Assembly: GCA_027251445.1 (NCBI GenBank)
Contig: JAPNQO010000074.1
Span: 1 to 54,247 of the forward strand
Length of the DNA stretch: 54,247 nt
Direction of reading: 5' to 3'
Source of the DNA: Fidelibacterota bacterium
GTDB taxonomy: Bacteria; Fidelibacterota; Marinisomatia; Marinisomatales; TCS55
Positions 9,393 to 19,438 of this stretch are shown here, piece by piece. The translations under genes were made by a program, and so were the position numbers. The notes beneath the pieces were generated by a model. That model had not been told where the DNA came from and ran no database searches. It saw only the letters and a program-made list of their open reading frames with translations. How positions within the stretch are numbered: the stretch's first letter is position 1; every line of letters begins with the position of its first letter.

Positions 9393-10760
9393 ATGACTAG
9401 ATATAAACAAGATTTAGGATTGAAAGAATCTGTTGCAATAGTAATTAGTAGGATAATAGGATCAGGAATATTTCGTGTTCCTGCATCAATTATGGCACTT
9501 GTTGGTTGCACATCATTATTTGGTGTCGTTTGGATAATCGGAGGAGCAATCACAATCTTTGGTGCAGTTATATATGCAGAATTATCTGCCATGATGCCAA
9601 AATCTGGAGGACCTTATGTATTCTTAAAAGCTGCCTACGGTCCTTATATTGCTTTTATAAGGGGTTGGGCAATGTTTTTTGTTTCAGAAACTGCATCAAT
9701 TGTAGCGGTTGCATTAGTTTTCTCAGAATATATTAGCTCTATATGGTTTATTGTTTATGGAAATCAATTTGATTTGGTTAGTATATTTTTTTTATCCTTA
9801 ATCACAATATGGATATTAACATTTATTAATTTATTCGGCGTTAGTCTTAGTGGGAGGGTTCAGGTCTTTTTCAGTATTATTAAAATTTGTGCATTGGGTG
9901 CAATCATTGGAACAACCCTTACAGGATTTAGCACTGGAAATGTATCTAATTTTAGTGATCCATTTTGGCCAGAATCTTTTGGATGGCATACAATATTATC
10001 TATAGGAGCTGCTTTACGATATGCATTTTTTGCATTTAGCGGATGGGAAGGTGCAACTTATATTGCAGAGGAAGTAAAAGAACCTCAGAAAACTCTTCCA
10101 CTTTCTTTATTTATAGGTATTGCAGGGGTTATGCTTCTATACATAGGTGCTAATATTGGCTATTTATACCAATTAGACGTTGAAGCAATTAAAGAAAATA
10201 AATGGGTTGCCACTGCAGCAATGCAAGTTGTACTTGGTACCTCTGGGGGTATATTAATATCACTTGCAGTTGCAATTAATGCCTTTGGCAATATTAGTAC
10301 TCAAATTTTAACAAAAAGCCGTACATGGCATGCAATGGCGCGGGATGGTCTATTTTTTAAACAGTTCAAAAATCTCCATCCAAAATATAATACTCCTAAC
10401 AATGCTCTTATTGGTCAGGGTATATGGGCAACAGTGTTGCTAATTTTTTCTGTTTTATCTACTTATAATCAATCAGGCATTACTGGAACCAATACCTATG
10501 AAACAATTATTGATTTTTTCTCAGCAACAAGTACAATATTTAATATTCTAACATTTGGATCAATTTTTATTCTAAGAAAAAAATGGGCAAATAAATATCG
10601 TCCTTATAACGCTTTATTTTATCCTTGGAGTATGGTAATTGTACTTTTACTATATACTTCCTTTCTAATTATTACATTAATTACAGCTTTTATCCCATCG
10701 CTTATTGGTTTTGCTCTAACTCTTAGTGGTACTTTTTTCTACAGAAAAATCAAAGAATAA
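9393..10760 (+). CDS. APC-family amino acid permease
   Basis: IIGSGIF, YAELSAMMPKSGGPY, FAFSGWE, EEVKEP; about 12 hydrophobic segments. Confidence 0.88.
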   Translation: MTRYKQDLGLKESVAIVISRIIGSGIFRVPASIMALVGCTSLFGVVWIIGGAITIFGAVIYAELSAMMPKSGGPYVFLKAAYGPYIAFIRGWAMFFVSETASIVAVALVFSEYISSIWFIVYGNQFDLVSIFFLSLITIWILTFINLFGVSLSGRVQVFFSIIKICALGAIIGTTLTGFSTGNVSNFSDPFWPESFGWHTILSIGAALRYAFFAFSGWEGATYIAEEVKEPQKTLPLSLFIGIAGVMLLYIGANIGYLYQLDVEAIKENKWVATAAMQVVLGTSGGILISLAVAINAFGNISTQILTKSRTWHAMARDGLFFKQFKNLHPKYNTPNNALIGQGIWATVLLIFSVLSTYNQSGITGTNTYETIIDFFSATSTIFNILTFGSIFILRKKWANKYRPYNALFYPWSMVIVLLLYTSFLIITLITAFIPSLIGFALTLSGTFFYRKIKE

Positions 10761-10771
10761 ATTAGTTATTT

Positions 10772-11950
10772 TTAAAAATAACTAGAAATCAGAGATAATA
10801 ACCATGCGGTTAATAATCCAAAATAAATGCCCATAATATTTCCCAAAACGCCCATGAGCAATCCTACTGGTGCAAGTGATTTTTGATATACACTCGCTAT
10901 TATTGGAGCACTTACCACACCACCTATATTTGCTTGACTGCTTGTAGCAATTAAAAACATTGGTACTTTAAATAAACGCCCGCCAATAAAAAGTATAGTG
11001 GCATGTACTACAATCCAACACACGCCAACAAGTAAAAATAGTGGGGCATGTATAATCGCATTAAGGTTTGCCTTTGCACCAATAGTAGCTAATAATAAAT
11101 AAAGAAAAAAGTTGCCAATATGTGAAGCTCCAGCATTTTCTAATCTAGATAACGGAGTAAGTGATAATATAATTCCTAAAATACTTACTAAAATAATTGT
11201 CCACCCAAAACTAGTTATAATTACCCCAATATCTGGAAGCCATTCACCTAATTTTAAGGATAAATACCCTCCTAACATTCCAATAGTTAACATGGTAATT
11301 AAATCACTAAAATCTATTGGCCTTCTTTTGGAATCAATATCACCCATTTGGATATTAATATTTTTAATAAAAGAATTATCAATTCCATTCCACCTATCAA
11401 TTCGTTCTTGAAAAGAAGAGAAAAATATTACAATTCCCATCCAGCCATACCCTACCACCGTATCAACAATAATCATTATTCCAAATAAATCATCTGATGT
11501 TCCAATTGATGTTCCTACCGCAACCATATTTGCACTTCCACCAATCCAACTTCCTGAAAGGGCTCCTAATCCTTTCCAAGAATCATTTGGTAACCAAGTT
11601 GCAAAAATAGAAAATGATATTATCCCTCCAATGACTATACTTAATGTTGCAATTAACATGATAATAATTGCCTTCGAACCAAGTTTTTTTAATGCAAGAA
11701 TATTTGATGATAGGAGAAGTAAAATTAATGCAGGTGGAAGTAAATAGGTTTTTATCCAATCATATAAAATTGATGATTCTGGTAGGATTCCTAAAGTTGT
11801 AGAAAACATTGGAAGGAAATATATCCAAATGACTGTAGGTAAGTACTTAAATATCCATGAAAATTTTGATTTGGAATTAAGATAGTATATAAATCCAATT
11901 AAGGTTATTAAATAAACTAAAATTCCTACTGGATCTTCTAAGTAACTCAT
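10772..11950 (-). CDS. DUF819 family integral membrane protein (putative transporter)
   Basis: GSWIGGSANM and SQANIGG motifs, multi-TM; 4-nt overlap with anmK stop. Confidence 0.85.
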   Translation of the reverse strand: MSYLEDPVGILVYLITLIGFIYYLNSKSKFSWIFKYLPTVIWIYFLPMFSTTLGILPESSILYDWIKTYLLPPALILLLLSSNILALKKLGSKAIIIMLIATLSIVIGGIISFSIFATWLPNDSWKGLGALSGSWIGGSANMVAVGTSIGTSDDLFGIMIIVDTVVGYGWMGIVIFFSSFQERIDRWNGIDNSFIKNINIQMGDIDSKRRPIDFSDLITMLTIGMLGGYLSLKLGEWLPDIGVIITSFGWTIILVSILGIILSLTPLSRLENAGASHIGNFFLYLLLATIGAKANLNAIIHAPLFLLVGVCWIVVHATILFIGGRLFKVPMFLIATSSQANIGGVVSAPIIASVYQKSLAPVGLLMGVLGNIMGIYFGLLTAWLLSLISSYF

Positions 11951-13062
11951 GAAGTCATTTTCCCTAAAATTACAGATTTATTGGCACCAGTAACTGAAGG
12001 TATATTTCCAGGAATTTCTTTGATATTAGCTACAGCAAAGAATGCAAAACCAAGAGCTTCTTTACTATCAGTTGATATATCAAATTTATTTGAAGGGACA
12101 ACTTGAATTGGATCAAAAAGATCATTTAAATATTGGATTACACATGCATGGTGTGCTCCACCCCCACTAATAATTAGTTTTTTAACACTATGATTGCTAA
12201 TAAACTTTTTACATCCCAGATATACTGACTTTGCAGTAAAAAAAGATAATGTTGCCAATTGATCTTCAAAATTAAGTTTATCAATATCTTTAAAATGTTT
12301 GTCTAACCAAACTATACCAAACTGATCTCTACCAGTTGACTTTGGTGGGCTTTGGATAAAATATGATTGTTTTAACCATTTGGATACAATTTCTTTATCT
12401 GAAGAGCCCTTAAGAGCAATCTGACCATTATTATCAAATCCATTATCAAATTTTCTTATATAGGTTTCATCTAATAACGACATTCCAGGACCCGTATCAA
12501 AACCTATAATGTCTTCAGTAATATCTGATGGTAAAAATGTTACGTTTGCTATTCCTCCAAGATTCAATGTTATTACTGAAAAATCATTATTTCGAAATAA
12601 CCATTCATCTATTTTTGGCATTAGAGGTGCTCCAGTGCCACCAGCATCTATATCTGCAGTTCTGAAATCTGATATTACAGGAACATTTAATTTTTTTGCT
12701 AAATAATGAGGAGAGCCAATTTGTAAAGACAATTTTCCACTAATATGATTTATTGTTTGCCCATGAGAACCTATTAGTTCAACGTTATTTATTTTATTTG
12801 ATTGTAAATAATTATACAATGTATCAGCATACCATTTACCTAAATTATCATCTAGATTGTAATGATCTTTGAGCGGATTATAAACTGCATATCTTATTTT
12901 TTGTTTTAGATTAATTGGATATGGAATAAAAGTATCACCGATTAATTTATATTTAACATTTTCATTTAGACATATATCAGCAATAACAATATCTAGGCCA
13001 TCCATAGAAGTACCTGTCATCAAACCTGCAGCTCGAATTTTTTCTTTTGAGGATAATTTCAT
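11947..13062 (-). CDS. anmK: Anhydro-N-acetylmuramic acid kinase
   Basis: GLMTGTSMDG, IGSHGQT, DFRTADIDAGGTGAPL, NLGGIAN, FDTGPG, PPKSTGR, KEALGFA. Confidence 0.95.
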   Translation of the reverse strand: MKLSSKEKIRAAGLMTGTSMDGLDIVIADICLNENVKYKLIGDTFIPYPINLKQKIRYAVYNPLKDHYNLDDNLGKWYADTLYNYLQSNKINNVELIGSHGQTINHISGKLSLQIGSPHYLAKKLNVPVISDFRTADIDAGGTGAPLMPKIDEWLFRNNDFSVITLNLGGIANVTFLPSDITEDIIGFDTGPGMSLLDETYIRKFDNGFDNNGQIALKGSSDKEIVSKWLKQSYFIQSPPKSTGRDQFGIVWLDKHFKDIDKLNFEDQLATLSFFTAKSVYLGCKKFISNHSVKKLIISGGGAHHACVIQYLNDLFDPIQVVPSNKFDISTDSKEALGFAFFAVANIKEIPGNIPSVTGANKSVILGKMTS

Positions 13063-13141
13063 ATCGTAATTACTAAATTTTGACTTGAGAGATTAGTAGT
13101 CTTTTTCTAGTCTCTTAATATTTTATATTCATAAAGTGAAG

Positions 13142-16057
13142 CTAATTAAACCGAAGTATAGATTTTAATAATGTATTGTGAAATTTTCTACGGACGTGTT
13201 TAATCCTAGAGTTTTCGCGGGTTGGATAGACTCTGTTTGTCAGTAATACTATAATTAGCTCTTGCTCTGGATCTATCCAAAAAGAAGTACCCGTGTATCC
13301 TAAATGACCAAATGTCTTATCTGAAAAGTAGTCTCCCGCGCTACTGGTACCATCTCTATCAGGTCGATCCCATCCATAACCTCTATTTGCATCATCCACT
13401 GTACTCTGTCTTGAAGTAAATGAAAAAATTAAATCCTTATCAAGTATCTTTTTTTCTCCAACTATTCCATCATCTAATAACATTTGACCATATTTTCCTA
13501 AATCCTCTGCATTAGAAAATAATCCTGCATGAGCTGATATGCCTCCAAGTAAATTTGCATTTTCATCATGTACGTAACCATGTGCAGTCTGTTTAGGAAA
13601 AAGATCATAAGATAGGGTCTTCATAGGGCCAAATATTCTAGTAGATAAATTTGCAATTTCTCTCTTAAAAGAGGTTTTTGAAGTTCCTATTGGAATTACA
13701 GTTCTTTCAGTTGGAGGAATATTTTTCCATTGGTTTGCAGTAGGATTATAAAACGTATTTTTCATTTCAAGGGGCGAATAAAACCACTCACTTCCTAGCG
13801 CATGAAGGCTATTTCCACCTATTCTTTCTAAAATTGTTCCTAATAGTATCATACCTAAATCGCTATATTTATATTCAGTACCTGGTTGATATGTCAGTCT
13901 ACGTTTGATAATATTTTCAAGAACATCTCCCCTACCTTTATATTTATTTTCTAGAAAATAGCGATGATAAGCACTTAATCCTGATTCATGGATTAATAAA
14001 TGGCGTATTGTAATTGTATCTTTTCCAGATTTATAGAATCCTGGAAAAAATTCACTAATGGGTTGATCAAGATTAAGCTCTTTATCATTCACTAATTTCA
14101 TTACAATTGGAGTTGCAGATAGTACTTTTGTTATTGATGCAAGATCAAAAATAGTCTCTGTAGAAACTTCTTTTGCTTTATAATAAGTATGATAACCAAA
14201 GCCCTTTGATAATATTGTTTTACCATGTTGTGAAATATATACTTGAGCTCCAGGGAAAATTTTAGCCTCTACAGCACTATCAATTATTGATAGAGAATAT
14301 GATATATTTGCTTTTTCAAGAAAAGCACTATCACGGTGTACAAGAATTTGATCACCTCTTTTTAATTCTTTATTTAATTCAACTGGTAATCGACCAGTTA
14401 TAGGAACGTCAGTCAATAATGCATTTGCCGCAGCTTCTACTAATACACTACCATATCCGTACGCAGCTAAATAAGTATCAATATAATCGTAGGTTGGTAA
14501 ATAAGGACTACCAAAGCTAGTTACGATAAAAGGGATTCCATTTTGATATAGTCTCTTTATTAGACTTGCATAGCTATCATCTATAGTTGCTATGCCTTTA
14601 TTCATACGTATTCGCACAAGAATTGATACTAATGTTAAATCAACATCTTTTAACTCATTTATTATTTCATTTATATTATTATCATTTACTTTTTCAGTTA
14701 CAATAATTTCTTTTAAATCTGGATAAGCACCATTTAATTTATTTTTCATAGGGAGTAAATATTTTTGAGAGTTTTTATCCTCAGTAATTGATAAGTGAGC
14801 AATGTTATTATAATTTGAAACTTTTTTTAACAAATCATATTTATCTTTTATAACTGTGATAGATAATTGAGCTATTTTATTTGCGATGTTTATATGATTA
14901 GGATTGCCAATTATCAACTTACTTTTTTCCCAATCTCTTATTCCTTTATCTACCATTAGATTAAGTTCTTCTTTTGCTAGCCAAATCCTCTTCACAGACT
15001 CATTAATTCTCTCCTCAGTAATACGCCCAGATAAAACGGCTTCTTTTATAGCGTTTATTGTTGAGTCTACATCAAGAGGTAATAAAATAATATCAGCACC
15101 TGCCTCCACTGCTCGCACACAAGCTTCAGAAGATTTAATATTATTTAATGCTCCCATCTCCATAGCATCAGTGACAACTAGTCCATCAAATCTCAATTTT
15201 TTTCTTAACAACCCATTAGTAATCACTGATGATAAAGTTGCTGGTTTTTTTGAACGATCGATACCAGGAGTAATTACGTGGGCCGTCATTACCATTTTCA
15301 CTCCATTTTTTACTGAGGATTTAAATGGAGGTAACTCAATTTTTGAAAAATCTTTTTTATTTCCATATATCACTGGCAACCTTGTATGGCTATCTGTTGC
15401 AGTATTTCCATGGCCTGGAAAATGTTTGACACACGCATATACATTTTGTTCCTGAACACCACGAATAAATGAATTTCCAAATATACTTACCAAACGCGGA
15501 TCATCACCATATGATCTAAAATTGATAATAGGATTATCTGGGTTATTATTTACATCCATCACAGGTGCAAAAATCATATTGACTCCAAATGCTTTCGCTT
15601 CAATAGCAGTAATTTTACCCTGTTCATACGCTAGGATATTGCGGCCTGTTGCAGCTACAGCCATATTGGTTGGGAATAGTGTTGCGCCATCATACCATTG
15701 ACCAAGCCCTCTTTCATAATCCGCAGCAATAAATAATGGAATATCTGACCAACTTTGGGCTATCTGAATACGTTCAAATGTCTCTTTTAAATCTCCTCCA
15801 TAAACTACTGCACCTCCAATTCCTATTTCATTTATCCATCTATGAAATTTTTTGTATTCAAATGATGAATCATTTGTTAAGTCTCCTTTTAAACGGAACA
15901 TAATCATTTGAGCAATCTTTTTTTCTATAGAAAGTTTTTCCCAAGGCTCTTGAATAATTTCCGGTTCATCTTTACTAACAAAGATTTGACATCCTGTTAG
16001 TAATAGGAAAAACAATAATAGAATATGTTTAGGAAAAGTTATTTGGTTGTCTTTCAT
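13142..16057 (-). CDS. Lipoprotein: GH3 beta-N-acetylglucosaminidase (NagZ-type) fused to an AmpC/beta-lactamase-fold serine hydrolase (AmiE-like)
   Basis: Lipobox LTGC; GH3 motifs ADYERG, KHFPGHGNTATDSH, TDAMEM; C-terminal FDLASITK (SxxK), LLIHESG, YSDLG, VHDENA, HAGLFS, GHLGYTGT. Confidence 0.9.
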   Translation of the reverse strand: MKDNQITFPKHILLLFFLLLTGCQIFVSKDEPEIIQEPWEKLSIEKKIAQMIMFRLKGDLTNDSSFEYKKFHRWINEIGIGGAVVYGGDLKETFERIQIAQSWSDIPLFIAADYERGLGQWYDGATLFPTNMAVAATGRNILAYEQGKITAIEAKAFGVNMIFAPVMDVNNNPDNPIINFRSYGDDPRLVSIFGNSFIRGVQEQNVYACVKHFPGHGNTATDSHTRLPVIYGNKKDFSKIELPPFKSSVKNGVKMVMTAHVITPGIDRSKKPATLSSVITNGLLRKKLRFDGLVVTDAMEMGALNNIKSSEACVRAVEAGADIILLPLDVDSTINAIKEAVLSGRITEERINESVKRIWLAKEELNLMVDKGIRDWEKSKLIIGNPNHINIANKIAQLSITVIKDKYDLLKKVSNYNNIAHLSITEDKNSQKYLLPMKNKLNGAYPDLKEIIVTEKVNDNNINEIINELKDVDLTLVSILVRIRMNKGIATIDDSYASLIKRLYQNGIPFIVTSFGSPYLPTYDYIDTYLAAYGYGSVLVEAAANALLTDVPITGRLPVELNKELKRGDQILVHRDSAFLEKANISYSLSIIDSAVEAKIFPGAQVYISQHGKTILSKGFGYHTYYKAKEVSTETIFDLASITKVLSATPIVMKLVNDKELNLDQPISEFFPGFYKSGKDTITIRHLLIHESGLSAYHRYFLENKYKGRGDVLENIIKRRLTYQPGTEYKYSDLGMILLGTILERIGGNSLHALGSEWFYSPLEMKNTFYNPTANQWKNIPPTERTVIPIGTSKTSFKREIANLSTRIFGPMKTLSYDLFPKQTAHGYVHDENANLLGGISAHAGLFSNAEDLGKYGQMLLDDGIVGEKKILDKDLIFSFTSRQSTVDDANRGYGWDRPDRDGTSSAGDYFSDKTFGHLGYTGTSFWIDPEQELIIVLLTNRVYPTRENSRIKHVRRKFHNTLLKSILRFN

Positions 16058-16186
16058 TTCATTTCAAAGTTAAATGCTCTTAATGAAGCATTCTACATTC
16101 AATTCTATTCTTGTATAACTTAATGACTAAAAATAGATTACTTAACTAAATAATTATTATCAACATATAGACAATAAACATATTTA

Positions 16187-17371
16187 ATGAACTCTAAAGA
16201 AAAAGAATATATTATTATTGGAATTGATGGTGGAGGATCAAAAGTATCTGCAGGTATTATAGAGTCAAAAGATATATCAACTTTCACTATCAAATCATTA
16301 TCACAACAATATTATAATGAAAGGTCAGAATTTAATTCTGATTTTTCTCCAGTGGCTATGGATATCCAATTAAATGAATATAATACTGAGGAATACAATG
16401 TAACCAACGATGAGGTTCTTCAAGGAAAGGCAATAATAGAATCATTCCATAATTCTATCATTAATTTAAATATTGATAAACCCATTTTGATGGGAATTGG
16501 AATGGTAGGTTTAAAAACAAAAGATTTGAGAGGTATTGGGGCTATTGCTAATGGGCCAAGAATACCAAATTTTTGTATACAATTAGAGGATGCATTACAT
16601 AAATCTAACATTCATTTACACAAACCAATTCAATATATTGGAAGCGATGCTGATAATTGTGGAATTGGTGAAGAATATGGAAAAGATGGCTTATTCAAAG
16701 ATATACAAAATGGCTATTATATAGGAGGGGGTACAGGTACTGCAGATGCATTAAAACTTAAAAATGAATTGATTCCCTTTGATAGCATATCTTCATGGAT
16801 AGCTAAATCATGGGAAATATTAAATGAAAATAATATTTCCATGGAGCAGTATACATCTCTTAAGGGTATTCAATCTATCTATAGTAATTATTCCGAAATA
16901 CCAATAAATGAACTGTGTAATGAATCAATTTATGCAAATGAGATATTTTCAAGAGCACTAAAAAATGAACAAGCAGCTTTATTAACTTGTGCAGATATAA
17001 CAAAATATATGTCTACTCTCATTGTCGAACGTGTTGAAACAATTTTTAGTGGCTGGCAAAATAAATTTGGACTATTAAATCCTAAACATAGTTTGTTAAT
17101 AAATAATCATCCATACAAAAATAATTTGTTAGAACGTATAATTATAGGTCAAGGTCTAGGTAAATTATTTCATCTATCAAAAAATACACCTTTACTTTGG
17201 GATCCATTACATAATAATATTTATGATATGATACAGAAGTCTAGGGTACTACCATCAGAAGCAAAAAAATTCCTTTTTGAAAATGGTACTCTGAAAAAAG
17301 GTTTTATTATGACCTCAAACTTAGACAATTCTGCCCTTTTAGGTGCAGGTGTAACAGCAATTTATAGCTAA
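16187..17371 (+). CDS. Atypical ASKHA-fold sugar kinase (ROK/BadF-like)
   Basis: IGIDGGGSK phosphate-1 loop; ROK-like GSDADNCGIGE, GGGTGTAD, IIIGQG and terminal SALLGA; no CxCG Zn motif. Confidence 0.6.
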   Translation: MNSKEKEYIIIGIDGGGSKVSAGIIESKDISTFTIKSLSQQYYNERSEFNSDFSPVAMDIQLNEYNTEEYNVTNDEVLQGKAIIESFHNSIINLNIDKPILMGIGMVGLKTKDLRGIGAIANGPRIPNFCIQLEDALHKSNIHLHKPIQYIGSDADNCGIGEEYGKDGLFKDIQNGYYIGGGTGTADALKLKNELIPFDSISSWIAKSWEILNENNISMEQYTSLKGIQSIYSNYSEIPINELCNESIYANEIFSRALKNEQAALLTCADITKYMSTLIVERVETIFSGWQNKFGLLNPKHSLLINNHPYKNNLLERIIIGQGLGKLFHLSKNTPLLWDPLHNNIYDMIQKSRVLPSEAKKFLFENGTLKKGFIMTSNLDNSALLGAGVTAIYS

Positions 17372-17373
17372 TT

Positions 17374-18489
17374 ATGAATAACGACTCCAACAGACTGCTT
17401 GCTCTTGATTGTTTACGTGGACTAACTATTGCTTTTATGATTATTGTTAACACTCCTGGTAGCTGGTCATATGTATATAGTCCTCTACGGCACGCAAAAT
17501 GGCATGGGTGTACTCCAACAGATCTTGTTTTTCCATTCTTTTTATTTATAGTTGGTGTTGCAATGAGGTTTTCATTTAAGCATTACAATTATGAACCTTC
17601 AGTCAGTCTATTAAAAAAAGTTTTTTGGCGTACATTAACTATTTTTGCTTTTGGTCTAATGTTAAATGCATATCCATTCATACGTCAGGATTGGGATTGG
17701 TCTTCTTTACGCATTATGGGAGTTTTACAACGTATTGGGTTAGCCTATGGGCTGGCATCAGTAATTTCATTATATATAAAAGATAGTAAAATATGGATTC
17801 CCAGTAGTATCATTCTCATTGGTTACTGGTGCATATTATATTTATTTGGAGGTAATGACCCATATGGACTTAATACCAACGTGGTACGCGCTATCGATAT
17901 AGCGCTAATGGGTGAAAAACATCTCTGGCTTGGAAATGGAGTTCCATTTGACCCAGAAGGATTATTAAGTACTTTACCTGCAACTGTTACTGTTCTTATT
18001 GGATATTATATAGGTATTCTTATTCAAGAAAATGAAAATAAAAATATACTTGTAAAATCCTTAGTAATACATGCTGCACAAATCGCAGCAATTGGATGGA
18101 TTTGGGGGTTTTTCTTTCCGATTAATAAACCGTTATGGACAAGCAGTTATGTATTATACACAGCTGGTATCGCGACTTTTTTCCTTGCTGTATTTATTTT
18201 TATGATTGATTTAAAAAAATATAGGAAACCATTTTGGCCATTAATGATTTTTGGAACTAATTCTATTTTTGTTTTTATTGGGTCTGGCATATGGGTAAAA
18301 ACAATTATAAATATAAAATTTAAATTTAATGGAGAAATAATTTCAGGGTATCATTATCTATATAGTTCTTTTTTTCAACCATTAGCTGGTAATATTAATG
18401 GATCTCTCTTCTTTGCACTTAGTCATGTATTAGCTTGGTGGCTAATACTATACTGGATGTACAGGAAAAGAATTTTCATTAAAATATAA
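17374..18489 (+). CDS. nagX: NagX / heparan-alpha-glucosaminide N-acetyltransferase (HGSNAT)-like membrane protein
   Basis: LDCLRG, HAKWHG, DLVFPFFLF, GVLQRI, FDPEG, PINKPLWTSSY. Confidence 0.85.
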   Translation: MNNDSNRLLALDCLRGLTIAFMIIVNTPGSWSYVYSPLRHAKWHGCTPTDLVFPFFLFIVGVAMRFSFKHYNYEPSVSLLKKVFWRTLTIFAFGLMLNAYPFIRQDWDWSSLRIMGVLQRIGLAYGLASVISLYIKDSKIWIPSSIILIGYWCILYLFGGNDPYGLNTNVVRAIDIALMGEKHLWLGNGVPFDPEGLLSTLPATVTVLIGYYIGILIQENENKNILVKSLVIHAAQIAAIGWIWGFFFPINKPLWTSSYVLYTAGIATFFLAVFIFMIDLKKYRKPFWPLMIFGTNSIFVFIGSGIWVKTIINIKFKFNGEIISGYHYLYSSFFQPLAGNINGSLFFALSHVLAWWLILYWMYRKRIFIKI

Positions 18490-18495
18490 TCAATT

Positions 18496-19248
18496 ATGTC
18501 ATTAAATATTTTTATTACCGGTGCTAGTAGCGGCATTGGAGAATCGCTAGCATATTATTATTCTCAAACAGGATGTACAATTGGTATAGTTGCTAGAAGA
18601 AAAGATCGTTTATTATCTGTAGCGAATGAATGTAAAAAACTAGGTGGAAACCCATTAGTATATAATATTGATGTATCAAATAAAGAAAAATGTGAAGATG
18701 CAGCTAAAGATTTTGTATCAATAAATAAAGGTATTGATATTATAATAGCAAATGCTGGCGTTGGAGGCGATGACAATATTTTAAGTGGTAATCCTTCTGA
18801 AATTAATAAAATTCTTAAAATAAATTTACTTGGTGTAATTAATAGCGTTATACCATTTATTCCAACAATGAAAGGACAACATTCAGGAAAGATTGCAATA
18901 ATTAGTTCAATTGCAGCCTTTCGAGGTATACCTGGACATGGAGCTTATTCATCTAGCAAAGCAGCCTTACAAAATATAACTGAAAGTTGGGATTATACTT
19001 TAAAACCTTATGGCATATCATTGACAACAGTATTCCCAGGATATATTGATACAGAAATGACAAAAGATCATAAATTTCAAATGCCATTTTTAATGCATTC
19101 TAATAAAGCTTCAAAAATAATTGCAGATGCAATTGAACGAAAAAAAAGAAAATTAATTCTTCCATGGCAATGGAAATTTATTGTTCCAATATTTCGTATT
19201 CTTCCTCGATTTTTGATATATAGATTTACGCCTAATAAAAAGAACTAA
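18496..19248 (+). CDS. Short-chain dehydrogenase/reductase
   Basis: TGASSGIG, NAG, YSSSK, PGYIDT. Confidence 0.9.
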   Translation: MSLNIFITGASSGIGESLAYYYSQTGCTIGIVARRKDRLLSVANECKKLGGNPLVYNIDVSNKEKCEDAAKDFVSINKGIDIIIANAGVGGDDNILSGNPSEINKILKINLLGVINSVIPFIPTMKGQHSGKIAIISSIAAFRGIPGHGAYSSSKAALQNITESWDYTLKPYGISLTTVFPGYIDTEMTKDHKFQMPFLMHSNKASKIIADAIERKKRKLILPWQWKFIVPIFRILPRFLIYRFTPNKKN

Positions 19249-19376
19249 TGTGCCTTACTTTTTTATCTTACGTTACTACAACTTCTAAAAGAATATGGTT
19301 ATATGATAAATGATCGATTACTATAACTTTCATCAATGCTTTACTTCAAATAATATATTGTTTAAATAATGAAATT

Positions 19377-19438
19377 ATGAAAAGGCTAATTGAAGCCATA
19401 TATTTAACTAAATTATTTTCTACAAAAATTAAAAGAAT
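19377..19438 (+). pseudogene. Frameshifted remnant of the C-terminal helix of the FadB enoyl-CoA hydratase domain
   Basis: IEAIYLTKLFSTKI + aa + KNM: one base short of being in frame with the downstream ORF; matches the recalled FadB linker IESRYF..L.TG.VAKNM. Confidence 0.55.

Noticed and set aside
13085..13118. Imperfect inverted repeat between the NagZ fusion and anmK as a terminator
   Set aside because: Two positions pair only as G-U on the plus strand and are mismatches on the transcribed minus strand; there is no U-tract there.
13142..14300. Beta-lactamase-fold domain as an antibiotic-resistance gene
   Set aside because: It is fused to GH3 NagZ in a peptidoglycan locus and has VHDENA/HAGLFS motifs typical of AmiE-like amidases/esterases.
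17374..18489. HGSNAT-like gene as a eukaryote-derived transfer
   Set aside because: NagX-type homologs are widespread in bacteria, and composition matches the neighbouring genes.
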